A stretch of 64,000 nucleotides of DNA, from contig NC_042997.1 of the NCBI RefSeq assembly GCF_006345805.1, forward strand, positions 123,690,001 to 123,754,000, given 5' to 3'. The notes beneath the pieces were generated by a model. It was not told the DNA's origin. It searched no databases and was given only the letters and a program-made list of their open reading frames with translations. This stretch comes from Octopus sinensis. Taxonomy: Eukaryota. The translations under genes and the position numbers were made by a program. This document shows, piece after piece, positions 25,993 to 37,470 of the stretch. How positions within the stretch are numbered: the stretch's first letter is position 1; each line of letters starts with the position of its first letter.

Positions 25993-26607
25993 TATCATTT
26001 TGATCATCGTTATCGTCATATAAACTTCGTCAAAGGGAGGAGTAGTAATAAAGTGGCGATGGTTATTGTGAAGGTGAAGGGAGTTTGAAAGAGGAGGATG
26101 GGTGTCTCATGATAGTAATGTCAATATCACGCGATACAGTGCTTCTAATTTCTTGGTCAATTCAATGTTTCGTGGTTTCGATATTTCATATGTAAAATAG
26201 ATTTGTGATGGGTGCAGTACCAGTTTCAATTATTAAATATTCTGTCAACTAATAAACACTTTTCTAAGTAAACACATGATTATAACATACACTTGCTTTT
26301 ATATATGTATATATATATATATAAATATATATATTATAATAACACAATATAAATACTATATAAATATACATACATATATGTCCATTCCTACATATATATG
26401 TGCATATACATGCATATATGGATACAGGGCATCAAAAATAAAAATAAAAACGTTGAATGCAATGAGAAACGAAACCAAAAATCAAAAACATAGAAACGAA
26501 CTTTGTTTGAACAACGGAAATAAAAGCAGAGAAACGAACATACAACATAAAGAATATTCCCCTTCTTCAGTTGTTCCCTATTTCATCTATACCACGTATA
26601 TATATAT

Positions 26608-26671
<64 letters not shown>

Positions 26672-26687
26672 ATATAATATATATATA

Positions 26688-26722
<35 letters not shown>

Positions 26723-27162
26723 TGAATATAGATATATCTATATGTATATATACATTACTTTCACAATTCAGTTTCAATATTCATTTGCATAGACACTATT
26801 CTCTGCTTGATGGGTTACAGTCAGTGTGTCGCTTAAACAAATAAAATGCATCCAGTATTTTTGCATCTTCCCAGTCCCTGCATCGTGGAATACACATTCT
26901 AATTGTGGCAATGCAATACTAGGAAAACAAATTATACTCATGAAATTCCTAATCATGCCTTCAGACACTATCCATTGAACTAAATTCCGGCTATCAGTCT
27001 ACTTCATTTTTTGTTAAGCCTATATAGGACCTAGGTAACTCACCCAGAAGTTATACACAAATAAATAGAAGAGTGCCATACCCCTGTGGAAGGCATGCTA
27101 GATGCCGAAATATCGTTCAATCAATTTCACATGATAAGGCAGCCTTCTATTTATTTATCTAT

Positions 27163-27209
27163 TTATTTATCATCATCATCATCATTATCATCATCATCAT
27201 CGTCATTAT

Positions 27210-27271
<62 letters not shown>

Positions 27272-27272
27272 T

Positions 27273-27322
<50 letters not shown>

Positions 27323-27334
27323 TTATTATTATTA
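27163..27334. repeat. Compound (CAT)n(TAC)n(TAT)n microsatellite
   Basis: Direct inspection. Confidence 0.95.
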
Positions 27335-27887
27335 TGAGTGAGAGAGCAGTTCATGCGATCAAAGTGATACTGGGGTAAAATATACGAAGCCCAATATACC
27401 CATCATGACTACCCGTCTGATAAGGGTACACCAGGCACATGCATCACAACCATATGTGCGCGACATGGTGATCTCATAAAAAGATAACAGCACATGACCT
27501 TGCAGGTGGGGCCCAGTTAGAATTTTCTTCTGGTTGAGTAGCCCATCCCACTCAAAAGGTCCCTGAATAAGGTTGTTTAAGGATGTCTGAAAGAACCACC
27601 CATGTTTCCAGAGGTGAACTATTCAAACCCAAAGAATCCCTCTCAATGCCTGGCTATGATGCTCCCCCACTACTTTCGCTCGTGATCAGAGATGCACATA
27701 TCGTCAGCCACTAAGGGACATGCTCAACTGGTTAAGGTCAAACAACTGACAAGCAAATATGTGGTATTGAGCAGAATATTTGCTGTAGCCCATCTTTTAT
27801 ACCAAGACAAAACAATGTACATGATAACACTTCCAATCAGTTAAGATCAGAAGCCATGAGAGCCACTGCCTGGCACTGCATCAGAGA

Positions 27888-27888
<1 letters not shown>
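27335..27888. mobile_element. ~554-bp non-coding interspersed element embedded in (TAA)n
   Basis: Complex, GC-richer sequence with sharp ends against TAT repeats on both sides and no ORF. I recall it as a common octopus repeat; this is not verifiable within the window. Confidence 0.55.
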
Positions 27889-27944
<56 letters not shown>

Positions 27945-28530
27945 CATCATCATTATTATTATTATTATCATTATTATTATTGTAGCTCACATCACTGTAC
28001 TCTTTATATTAACTGCTTCGCAATTGTTAACTAGCGTCGCGGAAGATGCCTAGGAGTTTTTTTCAAAATATTTAGAAACAGCGTGCAGCTTACATACTGA
28101 AAAATGCGTCATACGTTCACGAATACAGTTCTGTACGTCTTTCTAATACTTTAATTACACACTATAATTTTACTTGAATGGTGACGAATTCTGTGACGCC
28201 TATAGAGCTGAAAGGCATGATTCAAAGATATGTTTATTAAATACAAATCTCTACATTATGAACACGTAAACATTGCGATGAGGAAACTAGCTTCAGAACA
28301 GTGACTGTTGATAAACTCTTCTCAGGGGAACATTCTAAGCAGCAAATATATTATATTATCGTTATACTATTCGTTCTAGTGTCTTTCCTAATTTGTAAAA
28401 GACTAACATCAGTCTCTTTGTACCACGTAGGAAATATATTTATTTACATTTAGTATGAGAGAGGATTTCTTCCTTTACAAACATACATGCATATAAGCAT
28501 ACACACACAACCACCTACAAAAATAAATAC

Positions 28531-28561
<31 letters not shown>

Positions 28562-28809
28562 CATACCTGTATATGTGGGTTTGTGATTTGTACATTTATA
28601 TATATATATATATAATATATATATATATATATACATTTTAGCGTAAGATTTTTTTTCTCCACGACAATTCACTGACTTGAATTAAGAAGTTAATATATGT
28701 CACACATATTTTCATATGCCAAATAACTTAAGGCACATTCACACACACACCACACACACACACACACCACACACCACACCACACACACACACACACACAC
28801 AACACACAC

Positions 28810-28856
<47 letters not shown>

Positions 28857-29249
28857 ATACATATAAATTATCTATAGAGAGTGGGAGAGAGAGAAAAGAG
28901 GAACTGAGAGAGAGACTGAGAGAGAGAAGAGAGAGACATAGAGAGAGTGTGCAAGATAAGAGAGAGACAGAGAAGAGAGGTTGCTGGAACCTATGATGGC
29001 TTTCTGGGGAACATATGTTTCTCGTACAGTACAAATGAATAACAGCACTCGCAGCAGTGCAACGAAGCTATACACAGAAGATAATCTCAATGCAACAAAT
29101 TAGCTTCTAGGTAAGACGCAAAAGGTTAAGACTGTATATGCCAGTCATAAACGTTGGTGTGGAAAGTTATGCAAACACAAGAAAACGGCACCATTTCATA
29201 GTGCCTAAAATTCCACCCCTGCCGTCAAAATATATGACCAGATACCGCA

Positions 29250-29280
<31 letters not shown>

Positions 29281-29483
29281 AGGGATTCCAACCTTGTCTG
29301 ATTTTCACGTTTTATTTACAATCTTATAATGATATAATATAATATAATATAATAAAATAAAATAATAGAATGTTAAATGTTCATTCTGATTGAACTAGTA
29401 CTTTCATGCATTAAATTCTGTAATCTTCAGGTTCATGTAGTAGTGGTGACAGTCATGCTTCACAATTTTTGACTGTAGCGAGA

Positions 29484-29539
<56 letters not shown>

Positions 29540-29699
29540 ATATATACAATTCATAAAGAAGGGCAAACGAAAAAATTTCGAATGCCAAATATGCTGAAAA
29601 ATTGGACATATTTTTCATTAGCCATATATTTTTTTTTTCACAATACGCACGCTACTCCAAAAAAGGTCGACAGAAATTTCTAAAAAATTCCATTATAAC

Positions 29700-29756
29700 C
29701 ATATCGGACCGATTTCAGGGTTAGCTCATAACAGCCCTCCATTCGTCAGTGATACA
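29700..29756 (-). ncRNA. Degenerate type I hammerhead-like motif
   Basis: GUAUCA-CUGACGA-(AUGG)-AGGG..CCCU-GAAA-U-CG-GUC-CGAUAU on the minus strand; it has an extra 4 nt before stem II and an A.C mismatch at the stem I base. Confidence 0.5.
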
Positions 29757-29970
29757 TGTGGCAAAAGAAATAAATGAGATACTTACTCATACCCATGGAA
29801 GAAGCAAACACTAAGTCATGAGCACAATTAAACACCCCAAATACATCCAAAATAGAAATATTTTGGAGAGGGGAGGCTGGTATGCGTGGGCGACTGCTGG
29901 TCTTCCATAAAAACCTCGGAGGGGAACTTTCTAGGTGCAATTCCATGGTCATTCATGACCGAAGGAGGAC

Positions 29971-30062
<92 letters not shown>

Positions 30063-30097
30063 ATTTATGCACACACCCACACACCCACACACACACC

Positions 30098-30132
<35 letters not shown>

Positions 30133-30191
<59 letters not shown>

Positions 30192-30220
30192 GAGATAGAT
30201 AGATAGATAGATAGATAGAT
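30133..30220. repeat. (GATA)n microsatellite
   Basis: Direct inspection. Confidence 0.95.
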
Positions 30221-30526
30221 ATGTACATGTGTGTGTGTTATGTTATTTTCTTAAGGCTACTAGGAATCCGTTCTTTCAAATGATAGCACTATACTCAGAC
30301 TCGATGACTCCCCTCAAGCTTGCCAAAGAATAATCTTCACCACAGAGATCAACATTTCGAGTAGAGATAAAGTGGTCATTGACATAGGGGTATCTTTTGA
30401 CATGTAGCTTCTTTACAATTCCCTTCAAATGAATTTTACTCATACGTTTTGTCTACACTTTTCTACACCTTTCTTTAGTAGACTACAGTGTTCCCGAAAC
30501 AATTAAACATTAAACTAACAATTTAT

Positions 30527-30950
30527 AGGCACAGGAGTGGCTGTGTGGTAAATAGCTTCCTTACAAACCACATAGCTCCAGGTTCAGTCCCACTGCCTGG
30601 CACTTGAGCAAGTGTCTTCTACTATAGCCTCGGGCTGACCAAAGTCTTATGAGTAGATTTGGTAGACGGAAACTCAAAGAATCCCGTCGTATATATAATA
30701 TATATATATATATATGCGTGTGTGTGTGTGTGTGTGTGTTATGTTTGTGTGTCTGTGTTTCTCCCCCTAGCATTGCTTGACGACCGATGATAGTGTGTTT
30801 ATGTCCCTGTCAATTCGGCAAAAGGGACCGATAGAATAAATACTGGGCTTACAAAGAATAAGACCCGGGGTCGATTTGCTCGGCTAAAGACGCTGCTCCA
30901 GCATGGCCGCTGTCAAATCACTGAAACAAGTAAAAGAGTAAAAGAATAAA
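30527..30950 (+). mobile_element. SINE family A, full length
   Basis: GGAGTGGCTGTGTGGTAA head, GGTTCAGTCCC B-box-like motif, internal TA/GT repeat, TAAAAGA tail. Confidence 0.9.
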
Positions 30951-31044
30951 AGCTATTTAACCACGCCGAAATACCCGTGCCCATATAGAGACATGTATGC
31001 ACCCGTGCACAGTAATAATTGTAATCATAATTTGGTATCTGTCC

Positions 31045-31190
31045 AAATAATGAATTGGTTCTTATTTTATCGATCCTGAAATAATGAAAGACGAAGTCGA
31101 TCTTGGCGAAATTTGAACTCAGTGTGTAACGGTAGAAGAAATGCAGCTAATCATTTTGTTTAACGTGTCAACGATTGTGCTAGCTGACAG
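31045..31190 (-). mobile_element. SINE family B (degenerate)
   Basis: Contains TTTGAACTCAG and ends AACGATTGTGCTAGCT, the reverse complement of the family B head. Confidence 0.65.
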
Positions 31191-31992
31191 CTCTATTTGT
31201 TCACGAAAATTGAGAGGAATCTACATCTTTTAAATTATCTTTTGTATCAAGGCATATACTAATCTATGACTAAAAGGAAAATGACACTATAATTTGAAGT
31301 GTTACACTAGAATTGTGGGGATATATTAACATTAGGACATGTCATATGTGTAAGTGGAATAGGGATCTGAACAGGGGATTGTGCCAGCTGACAGCTCTAT
31401 TTGTTCACGAAAATTGAGAGGAATCTACATCTTCTAAATTATCTTTTGTATCAAGGCATATACTAATCTATGACTAAAAGGAAAATGACACTATAATTTG
31501 AAGTGTTACAACTACAATTGCGGGGATATATTAACATTAGGACATGTCATATGTGTAAGTGGAATAGGGATCTGAACAGGGGATTGTGCCAGCTGACAGC
31601 TCTATTTGTTCACGAAAATTGAGAGGAATCTACATCTTTTAAATTATCTTTTGTATCAAGGCATATACTAATCTATGACTAAAAGGAAAATGACACTATA
31701 ATTTGAATTGTTACACTAAAATTGTTGGGATATATTAACATTAGGACATGTCATATGTGTAAGTGGAATAGGGATCTGAACAGGGGATTGTGCCAGCTGA
31801 CAGCTCTATTTGTTCACGAAAATTGAGAGTTACCTACATCTTTTAAATTATCTTTTGTATCAAGGCATATACTAATCTATGACAGAAAGGAAAATGACAC
31901 TATAGTTTGAAATGTTACAACTACAATTGTGGGGATATATTAACATTAGGACATGTCATATGTGTAAGTGGAATAGCGATCTGAACAGGGGA
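31173..31992. repeat. Tandem array of four 204-205-bp units
   Basis: AGCTGACAG recurs at 31182, 31386, 31591 and 31795; the units are near-identical. Confidence 0.95.
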
Positions 31993-32564
31993 ATGCATTG
32001 ACCTGTCATGTATGTGTGGTACTGCTTTTCCTCCAAAGAAGATGCATCCATAAGTTGTCACGGTGTGCTAGCTCTGAAGAATGCACAATATATGTATGCG
32101 TAGCAGATGGGTAGTGTATTTTGTTCAAGTACCTGCAACGGCGTTTTAAAGAGCGTGTTTGCCGTAAGCTGAATGACTGTGCTATTGATTGAAAGTGTTA
32201 TCATTGTTGCCAGCTGGGAGGATGGAGACAGAGATTCTTGTTTACAATACAAGCGAGAGATATGTAGTTTGCTGCGAGGAACAATGCTGTGGATAGCGAT
32301 ATGCATGTAGGGTATATAAACAAAAATTAGCAAACACCAGAATATTCCTTTCTTAGTGGTAAGACCATTGCGGATCTACTTCTAGCATAATGGATGTCCA
32401 CGTAGTGGTCATCCCTCATATATGTATGCCATATAATTTTTCTTAATATTCAGATTTTAATATGCTAGACCACTGGTTTGAAATTGATATTAATCAAATA
32501 ATTATTCAATAATTCACCTTTATTACTTAAAATTATATATGTATGCATGTATATATATATATAT

Positions 32565-32770
32565 AGTTAATCCAAACAAGAAAGCACAAAAAAACACAAC
32601 AACGCGAGGACGTGGAACAAATATAGTACTATTGGACGCTCAGGAAAGAAGGAAAGAAGGAGGGTTTAACGTTTCGAGCGGAGCTCTTCGTCGCAAACAT
32701 AGAAGGAAAGATCCAGAAAAGGGAAGACAAAGGAAAAAATCGCCAGCGGTACACACGCGGTCACATTTTG
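32565..32770 (-). mobile_element. PLE pLTR fragment (same family as 18595) with a minimal hammerhead-like motif
   Basis: GUUU-GCGACGA-A-GAGC-UCC-GCUC-GAAAC-GUU-AAAC at 32664-32698 (minus strand). Confidence 0.7.
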
Positions 32771-32814
32771 AAATCATGTATATATACATACATAAATACA
32801 TAATCCCTCTTTCT

Positions 32815-32886
<72 letters not shown>

Positions 32887-32980
32887 GAATTTATAAATAA
32901 GGCTAATATCGATATTTAAATATCGACCTTATCAAGTGGCCAGCATGGGAATAAATACCATACAAAGGTAATAATTATTT

Positions 32981-33134
32981 AAAACTATAAATTTGGGTAT
33001 CTGAGAGATACAACAATGCTGAAATAGCAGTCAAAATCATGACCCTACAGTCATCTTAAGGTGGCTTTAGGGTCAGGGTTTTGAGTGCTATTTCTGAATG
33101 GTGGTATCTCTCAGATACCCTAATTTATAGTTTT
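32981..33134. repeat. 154-bp imperfect palindrome (foldback)
   Basis: Arms AAAACTATAAATTTGGGTATCTGAGAGATAC and GTATCTCTCAGATACCCTAATTTATAGTTTT, with inner pairing running to the centre. Confidence 0.9.
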
Positions 33135-33149
33135 ATATATATATATATA

Positions 33150-33216
33150 TTCCTGAGCGTCCAATAACACTATACTTGTTCCACGTCCTCGCGTTGTTGT
33201 GTTTTCATGTTTGGAT

Positions 33217-33221
<5 letters not shown>
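33150..33221 (+). mobile_element. Inverted 72-bp tip of the 32565 pLTR family
   Basis: Reverse complement of 32565-32646 with a small deletion. Confidence 0.85.
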
Positions 33222-33269
<48 letters not shown>

Positions 33270-33384
33270 CATGACCGACCAAGCCATCAGATGTAGTCAC
33301 ACATCGCTGGTCATAATGCGTTCGCATTGTTTTAGCCTTCGAATGACGCCACCCCCCCGGCTAAGCGAGCAGGCCATATATATA

Positions 33385-33457
<73 letters not shown>

Positions 33458-33561
33458 TAAAATCACAATAAGGGTGAAAAAATTGAATATTAATTAATAA
33501 CATCAATTTAAAACACCAAGTGGCCTAGCGTAAAAAACTGAGATACAGTAAAAATTATTAA

Positions 33562-33952
33562 TACAAGTAATAAGCGAGAGACCACAAGTGGTCACTCTAA
33601 TGCTAGAAATAGATCCGCAAAAGGAATCCACCACTAAAGAATTGTTCTCAAGTATCAATTCAACACGCCAAGAATGTAAGCGGGCAGGACAAATGAAAAA
33701 TAACGAAAAAATAGATTAACTCTATACAATTGTTTCATCGTTAATAGATTGCGTAATTTTACTTACATAATCATTTTCGAATCCTCAGTAGAGTATATCA
33801 AAAATATAATTTGTTGAACCGATCGCCAAAATCCAAACGAAGCCGAGCAAAGGCGAACGGTACAGCTTGAGAACAATTCTTTAGTGGTGGATTCCCTTTG
33901 CGGATCTATTTCTAGCGTTAGAGTGACCACACGTGGTCTCTCTCTTATTACT

Positions 33953-33956
<4 letters not shown>
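33562..33956. mobile_element. 395-bp element with 91-bp terminal inverted repeats and an internal hammerhead
   Basis: Arms 33562-33652 and 33866-33956 differ at 5 of 91 positions (hand count). Confidence 0.85.
33719..33794 (-). ncRNA. Type I hammerhead ribozyme motif
   Basis: ACUCUA-CUGAGGA-U-UCG..CGA-U-GAAA-C-AAUU-GUA-UAGAGU: perfect 6-bp stem I, canonical core, palindromic stem III. Confidence 0.75.
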
Positions 33957-33991
<35 letters not shown>

Positions 33992-33996
<5 letters not shown>

Positions 33997-34057
33997 TAGA
34001 TAAACTTAGATATGTTTCGACCAAAGATTGGTCCAGGCCATGTCTAACTTAATAGCA
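33992..34057 (-). mobile_element. 66-bp 3' tip of the CR1-like LINE, inserted in (TA)n
   Basis: 65 of 66 bases identical to 49091-49156. Confidence 0.9.
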
Positions 34058-34574
34058 TATATATATATATATTATATCGTGTGAATTTGATTTAGTATTT
34101 CTAAATTGAATTTCTTTCCCTGTAAGTTTGGATTTTTGTGTACTATAAAGATGCAAAACCTATTGTGAAGCATGGTCTGCTTTAAATTAGTAATAGAATA
34201 TAGGATGAGTCTTGACAAAACAAGGAACAACAAGACGTCCCAAAACCAATTCAGCACGTACAATTGTACAAGGCGATAGGAGCAGAGAGGAATCATACGT
34301 TTCGGAGGGCGGGTCCTGGTAATTTAAACACAAGAATTCTAAAAAAAAAAAAAAAAAAAGGACAATATGTGCACAAAATGAGCGGAGTCGATGTGCTTAG
34401 AATGATAATATATTGCAGGCTCCTTCGGAGAGCGGATGGTTATGCTAAATTATCCAGGTTAACATGTATTTTTGAGATTAGATGTAGGAAGTGTGCGCAA
34501 AATACTTGTGTGTGTTTAAGAAAACCATTGTATATATAAATATGTATAGAGAATAGCGTGTGTAAGAAAATGTA

Positions 34575-35611
34575 CAGGGATTGGACAAAATAATGGAAAC
34601 ACCTTAAAATTTCAAATTTATTTTAATATGGGGTAGGCCGCCTTTGGCAGTAATTACAGATTGAATCCTACGAGGTATGAATTAGTATGGAGCTTGAATT
34701 GTTTCCATAGGAAGTTTCGTTCATTTTTCAGCCAAAACAGCCTCAAGTTCTTTTATTGATGATGGTGGGGGATATCGATTCCTTTGTTGTTTTTATAAAA
34801 TGAATCAAAAACATTTAGATCTAGGGACTGTGGTGGCTAGATAAGATGTTCAACTTCACTAGAATGTACCTTGTGCCATTGCCATTCATTAACAACTTCA
34901 GCTGTATAAATTGGTGTCTCTACGCGTATAATCGGTCGGTGGTCGGAAATAAAGTAAAGGATGACACATCCGAGAAAATAATATTCTTCCACTGATCTAG
35001 GGACCAATTCTGTAGGTTTTTACTCCACTCTAAATGCTTTGCAACGTTTGCTTTTGAAAGTAGTAGTTTTCTGATTGCAGCCCTCCCATGAAATTTGATT
35101 GCAGCTCCCGGTGAACAGTTTGTGTGGAAATTAGGTTCTTGAAGTGGTCAAGAAGCTCTGTAGTAATGTTGTTGAGTTGTACTTTTGTGATCCTTTCTAA
35201 CAATTCGTGTAAGAGTCCGATGGTCCCTATTTGAAAGCTTTGGTTTTCTTCCGGAGTTTTGTTTCGACGAGGAGGCTTTTCCTTCTTTCTCAAAGGCTGT
35301 CATTACTTTCAAGACAGTACTTCTTGATATACCAAACATTTTGGCTGCTTTCGTTACGCTAGCGCCTGTCATATGAGCACCAACAATTTGACCTCTTTGA
35401 AAGTTCAATAGATCTGTCATTTTAATGAATTTTAATTACCTTTTCCTGATGATGTCTGAAAAGAAACAGCAATTTTAGCAAAATATATTAAGCAACACTA
35501 ATAATACATTTTTTAAATGTTAAAAATAAACACCCTTTTGATGGTTTTATAGATATTTCAAAATTATGATGCGATGATGCTTGGTGTTTCCAGTATTTTG
35601 TCCAACCCCTG
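34575..35611 (-). mobile_element. Internally deleted Tc1-type DNA transposon
   Basis: 29-bp TIRs CAGGGATTGGACAAAATAATGGAAACACC and GGTGTTTCCAGTATTTTGTCCAACCCCTG (27/29), with TA on the left. The minus strand encodes the N-terminal HTH (MTDLLNFQRGQIVGAH...SGRKPKLS) and C-terminal remnants; the central catalytic region is largely missing. Confidence 0.9.
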
Positions 35612-36899
35612 TGCATGTAAATATGGAGGGTGCGTTGTTTTACCTTATTTCGAGAATTGAAGAAATTTAATTACAAACATTAAAAAACAAAACTAAAAGC
35701 ACTATGCAAATACATATTTGTAAAATTTCATTTCTTCATTGTCATATTAAAATCGCTGTCTTGAATGCAACAAATCATATTTATACTGTATTTTATTTAA
35801 ATAACACCTATGACCAAATTTTCATTTAAAGTTTTATGTGGTACAGAAACTTATTAATTAAGATTTAAATGCAAAATAATAAAACAGATCTTCTTTAAAT
35901 TATAGTATACACTTAAAAAAAAAACGTTCGATATACTTCATGATGTTCATGTCTAGAACGAAAATGAAAAAAAGTGATACAATATCGTATGGTGTGACTT
36001 CTTGTACAGGACCGACAATAAAATATTCAAAATCGTTAACATGCAACCGTATTTGAACGACATAATCGCACCTCCAGGAAATTTTACGATATTGTTCATT
36101 GCACGCCATAAAATAATCTAAGATTCGTTTGATAACTTTTATATTTGTTATTATTCTTGTAATTGTCAATAAGACTAATATTGACACGTTGGCAATGTAG
36201 TGTATTAAAGTGATTCCTGTTTACAGAAGATAATTTTGATAGCGATACGCAAATTTATAAAGGGAAAACGATGGCAGCTGTATTTTAAATGAAACTGTAG
36301 CGTATATGATATAGAGGGAAAGACATTTAATTCTAAACTCTACAATGTACATAACCTATTAAACCTTTGGAAAATTAATATTGAAAAATGAAATTATTTT
36401 CTTTAGACAAGTTAAGCATAGTAGAAATATATTAATTTTTAGGTATGCATGATCGATCTACCACCTACTTTTAAGTGAAATCAACAAAAAAAAATATCAT
36501 TTATCTTCTCTAGGTTATTTTAGAGAATTAATTTCATATATCTAAGTATATACAGGAAAACATCGTGTAGATAAGAATCTTTATCATGATTTTCGTTGAA
36601 TGAGAGATATACTTGAATGCATCGCCCTCTAAACAAGATTTGATTCATAATTCTTCTTACAGTCCTTAATTCTGATCCGCTTTACTGCATTTATTTCTGT
36701 AAGGGATCCAATCGAACGCGTTTCTCTATCAACCTATGCATATCCCTGTAAGAGGTTTTCTACGCTTATTGAGGTTGACGTCATCGACTTGTCCCCTTCC
36801 CTCAAAATTTCAGTCATTCTATCCATAATTGAAAAAATTTAAGCCGACGAACGGACATAACTCATATTACACTTAGCGACGTAAGTTCTGAGTACAAAT

Positions 36900-37470
36900 T
36901 TCTTCCTCTTCTCCTTTTCTCCTTCATCTGTTCCTTTTTCTCCTTCTTCTCCTTCTCCTTTTTTCTTCTGTTTCTCTTTCTCCCCCTTCTCCTCCTCCTC
37001 CTCAATCTTCTTCTTCTTCTTCTTCTTCTTCTTCTTCTTCTTCTCTTCCTCCCCCTCCTTCTCCTTCTTCCTCTTCTCCTTCTATTTCCTCTTCTTCTTC
37101 TTGTTCTTGCTGTTGTTGTTGTTGTTATTGTTATTGTTGTACTTCTTCTGATTCCCTTTCTCCTCCTTCTTCTTCTCTTCCCCCTCCTCCATCTTCCTCT
37201 TCTCCTTCTACTTCCACTTGTTCTTCTTGTTCTTCTTGTTCTTCTTGTTGTTCTTCTTCTGCTTCCCTTTCTCCTCCTCCTCCTCCTCCTCCTTCTTCTT
37301 CTCTTTCTCCTTCCTCCTCCTTCTTCCTCTTCTCCTTCTCCTTCTACTTCCTCTTTTTCTTCTTGTTCTTCTTGTTCTTCTTCTCTTCTTGTTCTTCTCT
37401 TTTTCCTCCTCCTCCTCCTTCTCCTTCTTCTTCTTCTTCTTCTTCTTCTTCTTTTTCTTCTTCTTTCCCT
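36900..37470. repeat. Compound (CTT)n/(CCT)n polypyrimidine tract
   Basis: Direct inspection; source of the spurious R/E-rich ORFs. Confidence 0.95.

Noticed and set aside
26774-26968. ORF containing DAGTGK, resembling a Walker A motif
   Set aside because: Only 64 aa, lacks the following S/T and any other helicase motif.
27840-27888. Possible HDV-like ribozyme at one end of the TAA-embedded element
   Set aside because: A P3/L3-like piece can be drawn, but P1 and P2 cannot be completed by hand.
31173-31992. Regular repeats as a CRISPR array
   Set aside because: Units are contiguous 204-bp repeats with no unique spacers, in a eukaryotic context without cas genes.
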